The position numbers were made by a program, and so were the translations under genes. The notes under the pieces are model-generated. The model saw nothing but the letters and a program-made list of their open reading frames with translations, was not told the origin of the DNA and did no database searches. A stretch of DNA of 63,972 nt, the filler included, from Hyphochytrium catenoides (Eukaryota; Protista; Hyphochytriomycota): assembly GCA_900088475.1 (NCBI GenBank). It is 10 parts of 10 records of this genome, joined end to end, with 100 filler letters (N's around TTAATTAATTAA, not from the genome) between each part and the next. Parts side by side here need not be neighbours in the genome. Positions count along the whole stretch, not along the records: positions 1 to 20,602 come from FLMG01004709.1; 9 more parts are not named here. The stretch is one strand, 5' to 3'. Numbering within the stretch: position 1 is the first letter of the stretch; each line of letters opens with the position of its first letter. This document shows, piece after piece, positions 1-12,700 of this stretch.

Positions 1-412
1 GAGAGAGAGAAAGAGAGAGTTGACAAAGAAAGAGAAGGGGAGGATGAAGTTCGTCTGTCTGCTGCAGCAGTCGGACAGACATCCAGGAATCAGGGTTTCC
101 AGCACCTCTCTTGCCTCCTTCCCCCTGTCTCTCGATCAGTTCCTCGTCTCAGCACTGCCGTCTGCGCTGGCTTGTGAGCACACCAAAAGACAACGTAAGA
201 GAGCGCAGAGCCGGACGTGTGCACGGAAGAGAGGGCGGAAGAAAGAGAGAGAAAGAGCCACTTTGATTCTCCGGACAGGCTATACAGAAGTGAGGAGAAA
301 AGTGCTTCCTCCCTTCTTCGGATTGCTCTTCAACTCCCTAACGTTATCTTCAACCTAGAAGACGTCAACGCGGCGGTGCAATTGTCTTTTAATCGCTCCT
401 GCCCTCTCTCTT

Positions 413-443
<31 letters not shown>

Positions 444-994
444 TTGGGTTAGAAGTGGTAAGCTACTACTGCTAGGTAGTCGCTCTTATCGGGCTTTCCG
501 CTTCTGCCTTGAGTCTGGCTTTGTCGCTCTCTTTTTGCTGGTGGCGCTGCGGCACATATAGAAAGGCGCCGGAGATGCGGCGCGAAAGACGATAGTCTGC
601 TGGGCAGCGATAAGTCTCTCTCTACTGGGAAGGATGCGCCGTATTGCTATTTAACCTGGTAAGCTAGAGCGCTGACGGCCAAGAAGGGAAAGACAGGCAA
701 TATTGGATTGTCTTTCCCTCAGTTTACTTCTCTCGTTCGCCTCGGTCGGTGGAGGCGGAGACTCAGGAGGAAGCTCTCTTAGAAGATGCTGGGAATTTCT
801 GAGGGACTACCGGATCAGACTATGCCGCCCCTTGGACAGCCCTCTCTTATGTGAGTTGGAGCCCAACTCTCTCTCTCTCTCTCTATGCCATCTCTCCGAC
901 TCCTCTCTTTCTCTCTCTCTTTCTCTCTCTCTCTTTCTCTCTCTCTCTTTCCCTTTCTCCGCGATCCGTTGCTCTCTCTCCGTGATCCAACACC

Positions 995-1350
995 ATGGCT
1001 CCCTTCTTGCGCCGTCTGTCCAATCCATGGTTCTGTCACCTCCATGCATCACTCTCTCTCTCTCTCTCTGACTTATCGCTTTTTCTCTCTAACTCCTACA
1101 ACCACAGTCGCAGACGATCTGAAGAAAGAGAGAGAGAGCTCTCTCGACCTGGTAGCGGTTTGAAGAGGACAATACCTGGCCTTGAGAATATTCAGGAACT
1201 CTCGGAAGCGCTGGAGATGTCCAGCGTCGCCAAGTTTACCAAGAGCAGGAGAACCGGACCCGTTTTCTGCCCTTCCTCCCCTTCTGGGGCAATGGTCGAG
1301 CTTCTCGCGCGGTGAGTGGTGGTACTTTGAGGAGGATCTGCATTGGCGCC

Positions 1351-1389
<39 letters not shown>

Positions 1390-3470
1390 TCTCTCTCTGT
1401 CCAAGCTTCTCTCTCTGTAACTAGTCTCTCCGTCTAAGCTACACAGGTGTCCTGCTTTCCCACCTCTCATATCTCTCCTCCTTTGTGGTCAACTAGCTCT
1501 TCCCATAGTTGTCCAACTTCTGTCTCTCCATTCTCCGTCTCGACTCGCAACGTCAAGTTCTGGCTCTCGAGCGCCTTCCCCTTCATTCTCTTTTACTTCA
1601 CGCTCGTTTCTCTCCCTTTCCTCCCTGTCTGTCATTCTTATTTATCTCTCTATCCATGTGCTAATTCATCTTTCTCTCCTGTCCGTGGTTTTCCATCCCT
1701 CTCTACCCTTTAGCTCCTTTGAAGATCCGAATCCCTGCCCAAAGATTGAGATCAGCGTCCGTACGCGGGCAGAAGATGTCGCCTCGAATCGAACCTCGCC
1801 CAAAGGTTCAAGCAGCCCACAGGGCGCCGCAGGAGAGCCGATGGATCCTTACATGATGAGATCTAGCGTTGCAGATGGGGACTTTGACTTCACGGCCTCC
1901 GATTACTACGGTGTAGTCACAAGTAGCAGCCCGGCAACCGCTGCCCGAGAAGAAGAGAAAGAGAGGACAGCAGGAGACGGGGTCGGAGGGATGGCCCAGC
2001 CCTCTCTTGTGCAAGAGTCGCACTATCATCGTCCTTCTCACGCCCAGCAAGGAGTTCGGATTCATGCCAACAAGACGCTTTATGCTGGGACTATTTATAG
2101 GAGAGTCAGGGAGGGCTCCCCAGCAGAATATACCTTCAACTTTAGAAAAGTACGTTGTCTGAGGTTGATGAGTCTTTGCTCTAATCTCCTGCTTTCATCA
2201 TTTCAGTTGGTGTGTGTGTCAAATCTCTCTCTCTCGTCTTCCTCTGTCTCTCTCTGTCTCTCTCTTGCTCTCTCTCTCTCTCTCTCTTGCTCTCTCTCTC
2301 TCTCTCCCTGCCTATCGCTCTCTCCTCCTCTTCTCGCTCCTGCTCTCCGCCTTCGTTTCCATCTGGCCGTCCCTTCTCGCTTTCACCCCTTCTCTCTTTC
2401 ACCCCTTCTCTCTTTTCTCTTTTCTCTCTTTTCTTTATTCTTTCTGCCTTTTCACTTGTTAATGGTCGATGTGTCACTAAACTCTTGTTTAAATCTTGCT
2501 GCAGTTCTGGGGCATCCTAATAGGCGCAGAGCTTTACTTCTTTGAGAGCGCGGGCTCGACCACTCAGCTGGATAAGCTTCTCCTGACAGGCTGCCGGATA
2601 GACGCTCTTTCTGGGCTGAACGACCTGCAGTGGAAGCTTTCTTTCCCCAAGAGAGGACAAACAGAGGACTTCACCGAATTCTTCCGTGCAGACTCTTCTC
2701 AGGAGATGAGGGACTGGGTGGCAGCGATCGGGACCGCTGCTTCAGCAAAGATCATCTCTTCTCCTTCTGCCTCTCGACCTTGGCGCCTCTCTCGCGATCA
2801 GCCGGCCACAAGAGTGATCCTGGTGCGTCATGGGCATTATATAAATGCAGGGTCAAAAGCTACGGATGCCGAGAAAGTGCTCTCTGAGATGGGTAGGAAA
2901 CAGGCCCAACTGACTGCAGACTTTCTTCAACGACACGGGTATAACAAGAGGAATCGCTCTGTGGCCATAGAGTATAGCACGTTGACGAGAGCGAGAGAGA
3001 CAGCAGAGATTATCGCGTCTCTTTTTGGCGGAAACGACCTGCTTGAGTCCAGTGATCTTCTCATTGAAGGCTGGCCAGGGCAACCTTTTCCCATCCCTGG
3101 ACTCCCATCACCTAACGAAGCCAAACAGTCCAATAGTGCGCCTCACTCTCCAGCGCTGGAAAGGATGCAAGTGAAGCAGATGGTCGAGAATCTGCGACTG
3201 ATGAAGTCTTTTCATACCTACTTCGTACGGGAAGCCGATGAGCCCGATGATATGCTGAAGATTATTGTCTGTCACGCCAATATTATTCGGTACTTTATAT
3301 GCAAAGTACTCGGCGTGCCATACCTTGGCGTCTGGGGCCAGATGGAGATTGATCATTGCAGTTTGACCCGTGTGGACGTGTATAATGACGGAACTATGAA
3401 GCTCATTAGCATGAACGAGGTGGGACACCTGCCGGAGAATCTGCAGACCTCAAGTAAGGATCACATCTGA
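995..3470 (+). CDS. PH-domain plus PGAM5-like histidine phosphatase (multi-exon)
   Basis: Canonical GT-AG splicing joins ...YTFNFRK (donor 2150) to FWGILIGAELYFFES (acceptor 2504). The PH-like region ends in FRADSSQEMRDWVAAI. It is followed by the histidine phosphatase motif LVRHGHY, then LSEMGRKQAQLT, STLTRARETA, IVCHANIIRYFIC and IDHCSLT...NEVGHLP, typical of PGAM5. Upstream exons at ~995-1311 and ~1714-2149; start codon uncertain. Confidence 0.85.
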
Positions 3471-4123
3471 AGGCAGGAGCGAGAGAGCGCATCGAAGCCA
3501 AATGTCGAGAGAAGGAGGAATAGCATGTCTCCTTAAACTCCACAGTCCACCTTCTGGAATCTTCGCTGTTTCTTGAGAAAGTGAGAGCCAAACGGAGAGA
3601 CAGACAGACAGAAAGAGACAAAGAGCGAAGAGAAAAAGCGATTTCTATGTGGGAAAAGATCTTTGTATAGACAGCTACACTGGAGGAGGCTAGGTATCCG
3701 CTACTCGGACCAATGAAGCGTTCAGCTTCTGCTCATGCAATGGTCGAAGGTAGGGCGAGGCTATATATAAACCAAAGAGAGGGTTGAAAGGCAAGAGATA
3801 GAGCTGCTCTCTCCCTTTCACCTCTAGAGAGGACGAAAGTATCCTGCAGTCTAGTGCTTGTTATATAGTAGGACTAATAGCAATGTTTAGAGCTTGTATA
3901 ACCCGATGCGTCTCCACACCTAGCCAAACCCTCGCTCTCAACGCCTAGCGGAATATAAAATAGAGAGAGAGAGAGAGAGAGAGAGAAATAGAGCGTATAC
4001 TCAGTTCGCAGACAACATTGTTAGCGCGACCGTGATCTTCCGCTTTGGGTGCAAAGACGACAAGATACGCGGGGCAGGTTGCCTGAGTGTCACTTTTCCC
4101 TTTTTCTTGAAGCCTTTGCGATC

Positions 4124-7100
4124 CTAAGAAGAGTGATGCGAGTAGTCCAAGTACTCTCTCTCTGAATCAATCTCATCCGCTTTCCAGTCCTTTGAGCCAT
4201 CTTTCCTCAACGGTGAGGACATCCAACGCCTGTGTCTATCTTCTTGCCGCTTCCTTTCTTTCTCTATCCCTCTTGGTGCGCTGTCAGAGGAGAATGAGGT
4301 TGCATACTCTCTCACTGGACGGTCTTGTTCCTCCCAATTTCCTCTTCGCCTTGCTCCGTTTGGCTCTTCCTTTGACCGTCTCCCTCTTTCATCGTCTTCT
4401 CTTGACCCTGAGAAGTCAACGTGCTCTCCTTTGCCATCTCTGCGGCTGTGTTCTCTGCCCTCCTGCATGCCTTTCATCTTCTGCTTGGTCCCTTTGTCTA
4501 TCTTCATTCTTTCCAGTTCCTCTTTCATCGCATCGGTGAGTCTAACCCACTCCTCTATCTCACTGCTTGTCGCGCGGCCTAGCTCCTCGACTTGAGAGAG
4601 GAAGCTGTCGCACTGGCGACGCAGTGCATCTCTCTCTTGGACAAGCTCCCAAAGCATCTATCGTGGGCGAGAGCCGAACGGCGTCAGAACAAAGTCAGCG
4701 CTACTGAGGATCAACCCAGGAATGGCCCAGTTAAATGAAAGATCAGCATCCAGGACAGCTGACCTACTCGAAGAGCAGAGATCATAGGACGAAAAGTAGA
4801 CTTGAGCATTGAGAGAAAGGTCTCAAGGGTCAGTCTCGTGGACTGAACACCACTTCAACGACCAATGACTCTAGATAAAAGCAAAGAAAGTCTACAAGGC
4901 AAGCCGAATCATAAAGTAAAGTTTAGCCTGAAGGGTGAGCTGGCTCTCTCCGTACCTGGTCTTTGATGCGCAGTTGATGCTGGAGTTCTTCAAACCTATG
5001 AACGTAGAAAAGGATGAGCTTGCAAGATATGGAAAAGAATGACAGAGAGGAGAGGCTGAGCGCGAACTTACTCTTCTGCCTTTTGGGTTCTCTCTGCGAT
5101 CTCTCTAAAACATGCAGGTGCAGAGAAGATTGAGAAAGCAGTCATTGTTAGCAACTGGCCAGATAACTGGTTCAAGAAAATGGACGCGAGAAGGGAAGAT
5201 AATATCAAAGAGCTGGCGCCGACAGCGAACAGACCTAAGGTAGAAAGGCGACGACGGTCTCACCATGAACAGAAGCAAAGTAGTCCACCTTAGCAGAAAG
5301 CAGGGAACGAGAGACAGGACGCAACATATACAGAGAAATTGGCTGAGAGCGGAAAAAGAGAGAAGAAATCGACAGAGACAGAATGACAAGAAAGGGAGAG
5401 CGAGATGTCAAGAAGGGACGTTAGAAGAGATAACTCGACCGAGAGAGAGAGACAGCCAGATAACAGACAGAGACGCAGACAGAGAAAGGGCTCCAAGGGT
5501 TACCGTTTGACTGGCTCAGTGGCAGGTAAGTCCCGTAGAACCTCCATAGTTTCCAGCCGCTCAATATCGTTATTTAGCTAACCCAAGCAGGAGACAACAA
5601 GAGCAAACAAGGCAAAGAGGGGTGCTTCATTGATTAGCCATCTTGACCACCAGGCATACAGCAGCAGCATAGAGGCCAAGCAAGGTGTATCAGGAGCGAT
5701 AAAAAGGCAACCTATAATGAGACTAACGCAAAAGGGGAAAGCACGAGGATATACATATATATAGAGAGAGAGATGCAGATGCAAAGCTGAAGGAGCCTGC
5801 AATGGCATTGGTCAAGATAACGTCAGGGGAGTTGACGGCGTAGAACTGAAGTAGAGAAGGACATCACAGCGCCTGGAGACGTTGTTACCTTCAAATAGTT
5901 TTCGTGTAGGACCTCATCCCCTCTCACTCTCTCTAGAGTTGAGAAGATGTCGAAAGGAGTTCGATAAGACCGGGGAAAGTTGGAGACAAAGGAGTGTGGA
6001 GACAGATGTACAAAGCGAGAAGACTGAAAAGAGAGGGATTACTGGATACTAGAAGAGGCTGCTTACCAAGCTTGCTCAGAGCACGGATTTGCTTTCCAGT
6101 CTCTTCAATAAATAACAATTGACGCTAAGAGGAAGTGAGGGTTAATAATGAGGCATAGCGGTACTACGATATCCACAGAGAGAGGGACAAAGAGAGAGGG
6201 AGAGAGCAAGATCAATGCAACCTCAAAGAGATGCGACCAACCCGAGCGGAAGAGTAGTGAAGACTGTGGGAGATGAGAGGAAGTCATAGGACTGAAGGCT
6301 AACAGGAAGTAAGCGATACCACACAATTGTCACGGCTGACCTGACATCTATCCTTCTCTTTTTTGACAGCGAGAAGCCCACGAGCTTCAGAGGCTCGAAG
6401 TCTGCTAATGATAGCCGCGGCATCCAACTAGACAAGAGGACCGAGCGTAGCAAGAAGGTGTAAACAGGCTGGTGAGCTGGGTAAGGAAAGTTTTTCGAGT
6501 TAAGGGGGCGAATGAGGGCAAGTAGTTAAGCATTGAGGATCGACACCGACTGAAGAGGACATAGTAAGAATCGTCTAGATTCAGCTGCTTCGGTGACCTC
6601 GTGAAGGTAAAAGAGGCAGATAGGCAACAAGGCCTGCAGGGTTTGAGCCAATGCGCAGCTGGACAATTTGGAGAATACTAGGCAACCGTCATCAGGAGGC
6701 AAGGGGAGATTCTGCCTGACGGTTTGGATATATGAGGACGACACCACCCGCAGGTTTACCTCTGTTTCCCTGACAACTTTTTCGGTGTCTCTTCTAATCT
6801 TCTCCGAAAGCGCCTCCAATCTCTCCATCTGTCCTCAAGCATAGTCAACGTAAGTTGGATAAACGATAGCCGCATCCTTCTTGCTTCTGCCCTCCCTACC
6901 TGTGCTTTGCATTCTTTTGTTTTATTGTCGATGATCAGCCGAGATGACAGGGCAAGAGAAGAAGCCCTAGTCCCACCTTCTTCCTCTTCTTCTCTTTGAC
7001 TTGAGAGTCGTTTCTTCCGTCCCTCTTGCTCTATGGAAGGAGAGCTAGCAAAGAGATCTTCTGTCCACTCACTATCGCCCACTTCACCTCCATGATACTG

Positions 7101-8711
7101 TTTCTCTTTCTTAGGACCAGGAAGCTCGGGAGAAGTAGTCATAGGAGAGGGAGCGGTTGAAGACAATCCAGAAGGATGAGACATTGGACAAGACGCGAGA
7201 AGGTCTCCAATTAAGGCGTCAAAGTCCTGTTGAGACAGAGTCCCTTTCGCTCCTCTATCATATCTGCAAGACATAGGTTCAATTAGTATGTAAACAGATA
7301 GAACATTAAGGGCAGAGTTGACAGCTCAAAAGGACCAAAACGGACAAACGAGTCCTGATACTTATGTAGAGACACGACTGAGAAACCACAATGAAGCCAA
7401 TTGCAGATAGAGAAGCTAAAGAGAGCACTGCACAGGAACAGCCACCACTATAGAGAGAGGTTGGATATAGGTCGAGCATCTGACCTATGGAAGATCTGAC
7501 CAGCCTCAAAGTCCGTGCATGTGGGAGACGTGCCACCAAACGTTTGCAAGTGAAGGCGTCGGAGCTGAGGGCGAAAGTCGGANNNNNNNNNNNNNNNAAG
7601 AGTGCGAGAGCTAAGAAGAGCATGGAAGCACCGCGCATCAAAAGAGTACCTGGCAAAGAGGTCTGCCTGGAGCTTTTGCTCCTGTCGATTCTCTTGCCCT
7701 TGCTTTCCCTGTAGACGGCCTGCTTCCCCTGTCTGCTCTCCTCTACTGCCATCCAGGAGCTGCTGAAAGTGTTCCTTGGCGACGTTACCTCGCCGGGTCC
7801 GGTCGTATCTTAAGACAGAATTTTTTTGGGTGAGCAACAGAGAAAAGTGGACCGACTACACTTTAAGTGGTCGAGAAGAGGTAACGATAGGGCAAACCGC
7901 GAAGAATAGCAAAGAAGCACAAGCAAAATAACCGCAAGAGGTGAGAACATGAGCCGGAAAGTGACCATGAAAGTAGAAAAGGACCCAGTGCAGCAAGAAG
8001 GAGGCGGAGAAGTGTCACGGACGATAGCCCACTTTTCAAAGAGGATGCCCGCCTCAAACTCCGTGCCCGCTGCCAGTGAGGCTCCACCATTTGCGGATGG
8101 AGGCGTGAGCGACGTCTCTGGCCTGCTGTGAGCCCGTTGCGATCAGAGGATGCAGAGAGGGGAGACAAAAATCAGTAGAACATCATAGTAAAGCTTGTAA
8201 ACGCTTAGGCAGAAGGAGAAGGAAGCTAGAGATGAAGAGAGAGGTAGGCACCATCAGGTCGGAGCAAGTGTCAGAGGAAATTGGATGAGACAGGCTGAAT
8301 GCAGCCTAAAAGGGGATGAGGAAGGAAGAGAAATGATGGGAAGCAAAGGGAGGGAACCCAGGAAGGGAGACAGATAGGTGGGCGAAGAATGGCGCGTGAT
8401 ATCTGGAGTGAGAACTAGGTGGAGATTGAGAGTGACTCTATCATCCGTACCTGATCTCTTCAGCTTTTGACCTTGAGGAGACCAAAGCGTCAGTGGAGCT
8501 GCTCCTGGCTGATTTGTCCTTCTTCACCTTCTTCTCGCCATCCTTCCCTTCTTTGCTCGACTTCTTGCTGCTTGAAGATCCAGCTTCTGCCTTCTTTTTC
8601 TTTACTCTCTCTTTCGAAGCGCCGTCCTTCTTACTCTTTTTCACTACGGCGACACTGTCAATGGACTATTCGTGAGGGAACTCTCTGTCCCTTTTACGTA
8701 CCGCTTTCCAT
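4124..8711 (-). CDS. Multi-exon protein with Lys-rich N-terminus, two EF-hand-like repeats and C-terminal coiled coil
   Basis: Spliced reading: MES|VKKSKKDG..., then EFEAGILFEK|YDRTRRGNVAKEHFQQLL and DFEAGQIFHR|YDRGAKGTLSQQDFDALI (EF-hand-like), ending IKDQ|MLWELVQERDALRRQ...EIEEWVRLTDAMKEELE. Middle exons are not fully resolved and there is a short N gap near 7583-7597. Confidence 0.6.
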
Positions 8712-9119
8712 GCTTTTCCCACCTTGGAAGCTCCTGCAGCTGGTTTCAACTGAGAGCCGTAGCAAGCATAAGGTCAGACTCCATGGGCATGACTGAGTTC
8801 CCGTTCTCAAGAAAATCGTCCAATCATCTTGGGCTACTAAACAGCGGCAGGTTGCGTGCCGCTAACAACAAGCGAGAGAGTAAGAGGGCGAAGCTAGCCG
8901 TAGCAGGACTGACGCTCTTCTCCATCAATGCTGGGCAGTATGCTCCAGGGAGCTGTGCAAAGCTCCTATCAGCACGGGGGCTGGCCTAGGAAGAAGAGCG
9001 ATCACAATGGCGATGAAGCCGCGTGGTAGAGCTCCAAAATACCCTTTCACAGACTCTGTTGGGCTGTCCACGGAGACAGTAACGGTGATTGTTCGGGTGC
9101 GGTAATCATTACGAAGGTT

Positions 9120-9300
9120 ATCAGATAACTGACCATTGACGTTATTGTACAGCTAATATTTTTTTGCTATATTTATGTACCCTTATAAAAAACGGATATC
9201 TAAAATTTGGCTGGTTCTATAAATTAGTACTACTATCGACCTTATTTTTATAATTAAAGGGTGTAATCGCGAAAAAAGGCAAAAAGTCCCTTTGAATTAC
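9120..9300. promoter_or_regulatory. AT-rich stretch between divergently oriented genes (candidate bidirectional promoter)
   Basis: Sharp AT-rich segment with TATA-like words (ttataaaa, tataaatt) between the minus-strand ATG at 8711 and the urease ATG at 9783. Confidence 0.35.
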
Positions 9301-9529
9301 AGAAGTGAGACCTTCCAGAGTCCTGGAGGATTACTGGGACCAGTAGGATGAGAATAAGAATAAGAAGATGGGTGTGAAGATGATGAATCTTTCTCAAAGC
9401 TCTTTTCTTTATCATCCGCAGCTTGTCCGCAAGTCAGCAATGAGGTAGGCGGAGGAGCAAGGATGATGGTTCAGCTGCGCCGCATCACTCAGAGAGAGAG
9501 AGAGAGAAAAGAGAGGGAGAAAGACGTAT

Positions 9530-9574
<45 letters not shown>

Positions 9575-9782
9575 GGAGGACAGAGAGAGAGAGAGTTGGC
9601 AGAGAATGGATCCTGCCGTGACTGTAAAGGAGCGCCTCTTTACGCTTCAGAACTCGCTGTCATAACTTTGATCTTTAAAAAAAGACAGGCTGTGACGGGA
9701 ACCTTTCCTCGTCGGTTGCCTCCTCCTGAAGGTTCACGACCACACAGCAAGTGGAAAACCTCAGGGCAGCTGGAAGAGAAGA

Positions 9783-12700
9783 ATGAGGCTGACACCGCGA
9801 GAAATTGATCATTTGAAGCTCCATAATGCTGGCTTCTTGGCGCAGAAGCGGCTGGCACGGGGCATACGACTTAACTATCCGGAGGCTGTTGCCCTCATAG
9901 CAACCCAGGTAAGATATCTACCGTAGAATGCACACGGCTAGAGAGCTCACACACGGCCTCACAGCTTATGGAGGCGGCCAGAGATGGCGAGACTGTTGCA
10001 TCCTTGATGAATCTTGGCAGAAAGATGTTAGGCAGGTACGGATAGTGGCAATACCCTGCACAAGTGCGATGATGTTGCGCATCCAGCTAATCGCCTCGCC
10101 TCAGACGCCAAGTGATGAGCGGTGTGCCGCAACTCCTGCACGAAGTCCAGATCGAAGCGACATTCCCCGATGGTACTTTCCACATAACAGAGACTGCTTC
10201 CTTTCGAGTGCCTCGTGAGCTTTTGCCTCTCTTTGGATAGCGATCGATAGCCTTGCTCTTCTTGGATCGATAACCTTGCTCTTCTTGTCACTGATGTGCC
10301 GACTTCTTGCCATCCAGCTCTCTTCTCTCCCTGTTATGTTTACTCTATCTCATGCTGCCTTGCTCTGCTACTATTGTCACTTGATCTTTCTCCTTCCGCT
10401 ATCCGAAAGGAACGAAGCTTGTGACAGTGCACTCTCCTATCGCCGCTTCGGACGGAGACCTGGAGTTGGCACTAAGGGGCTCGTTTCTCCCGATTCCTCC
10501 TCTGGACACCTTTGAGCCAAAGGAAGGCGAAGAAGACATTGCATTGTCAAACATTATCCCTGATAAGGATGCAGACAATATTATTATCAATGTGGGCAGG
10601 CCAATCACGAGAATGAAGGTCACGAATCTATCAGACAGAGCGATCCAGGTAGACACTGGTACCAGGAACCAGTTTCCGGTCTTCCTTGTCTTCTGTGCTC
10701 CTTCGACCATCCTCTTTCTTAGCTTTCCTCCTCAGGCAATAACTCTATAGGTGGCCTTCCTTCTTCTTGCTGCTCAGTGTGCCCTTTCAGTTTCTTCACT
10801 TCTTTCTTGGTACGTACAATCCCCTGCCCGATCCTCAGTATAGATAAACAATTTTTCTTACTTGCTTGGCCATAACGCCCAGTTATTGACCCTTCCTCTT
10901 TATGGCAACTGAATCGTCCTCGGTCACTCATGATCGGTTCTGTGGCTTCTGTTGATCCAGGTCGGAAGCCATTATCACTTCATAGAAACTAGTAGTTTCT
11001 TAGAGTTTGACAGAGAGAAGGCATACGGCTGTCGCCTTAACATTCCAGCCGGAACAGCCACGCGCTTTGAGGTACTGCTCCGAAGCTCTATGTTTTTGAC
11101 TGATTGGTTGCCTTTCCTTCTTTAGTCAACCTTTATAGGTTACCAAGATGTACTCACTACCAAGTAAACAGAGCACTGGATTACCTTTGACGCTTGTCAC
11201 TCCTCTTGCTATTCGTCCGCCATTGCAAGGAGAACACTCCGGCTCTCTTAGCTCTCTCCAAATGACCGTGCGCTCTGTCTCTTTGTTTATGAGTCTGTCG
11301 CTCTATTTATGCCCTTCCCTTCCGTGCTTTGACCTTAGCCTGGAGAGACCAAAAGCGTGTCTCTCGTGCCAATCGGTGGAAACAAAATCATTTCAGGAGG
11401 AAATGGGTTGGCGACCGGCCCTGTCAGTTCTAGCAGGTTGCCTGAGATAATGCAGCAGGTGATGGGAAGGCTAGACTCGACAGAGAAGATTACCTTTGTT
11501 AAGAAACCCTCTTCATTCTTTGTTACTTGCGACTTCGTGATCGGTGTTCCTTCTTCGCTGCTTGCCGCTGCTGTTGCTTCCCATTTTGTCTAGTCCCGTC
11601 ACTCACCAGTTGGTCTATTTGTCTCTATGTATAGGTAAGAGCTCGAGGTTTCCATCATCGTCCTAGCGATGGTGCAACAACACCGCGGAGCCCTCCAGGT
11701 GCGGCTTAGTGGAAGGACCTAGATCTAGGTGGTGCTATTTCTCAGAATTTCTATCCCGGGTCTCGGTCCTTGCACAGGAAAGAAGGCGAAGCATGACGCT
11801 GCAGCTCCTTACACAGTCTCCCGTCAAAAATATGCCTCGTTGTATGGTCCCACCACTGGGGATAAGATCCGGCTGGGAGACACCTGCCTATACGTTGAGG
11901 TCATCCGCCACTGCTACTCTGTCTTTCAAGCACTATTGCCTCGCTATCCTCTCCTCTCCCCTCCAGATAGAGTCAGTTGAACTCGTAGAACCGTGCCGTC
12001 TTTTAACACCTCTGAGTCTGGCAATACTACGGACAGCTATAGACCTCAGTACTTGCTATCCTTACTAGAGTTTGCCGATGTCCACTGCCGCGACTACTTA
12101 GACTCTGGCTCCTCTGGATCTTATCGTTTCAGTCTCTTCTCCTGTTTAGATTGAGAAAGACTTCGCCATCTATGGCGACGAGTGCGTATTTGGAGGAGGA
12201 AAGGTTCTTCGCGAAGGAATGGGACAGGCGACCGGCATCACCGCAGAGCAAGCACTTGATGTAGTTATTACCAACGCTGTGATTCTGGACTACACTGGCA
12301 TCTACAAGGCCGACGTAGGAATAAAGCACGGCTTTATTGTAGGCATTGGTGGGTACGGCTTTTCGGCAGTTGCGAGCAAGAGGTTAGCGTTCTAGGAGTA
12401 GGCAATGATGTCCTGGCACCTATTATTGATTTTCGCTCCATGGTCTTAAAGCTCAAACGGTGGGCACTCATCTCAGTCTATAGGAAAAGCTGGAAACCCC
12501 GACACGATGGACGGAGTGGACGAGGGGATGATAGTCGGAGTCACCACAGAAGCGATAGCTGGAGAAGGGCTGATCCTTACAGCCGGAGGCATAGACACGC
12601 ACGTGCACTTTATCTGCCCGCAGGTAGGGGTAGTCATCCTGTTTGTATCGGACATTGCATGGTCTGATGCATGTCACTGTGTTTACAGCTCTGTGATGAA

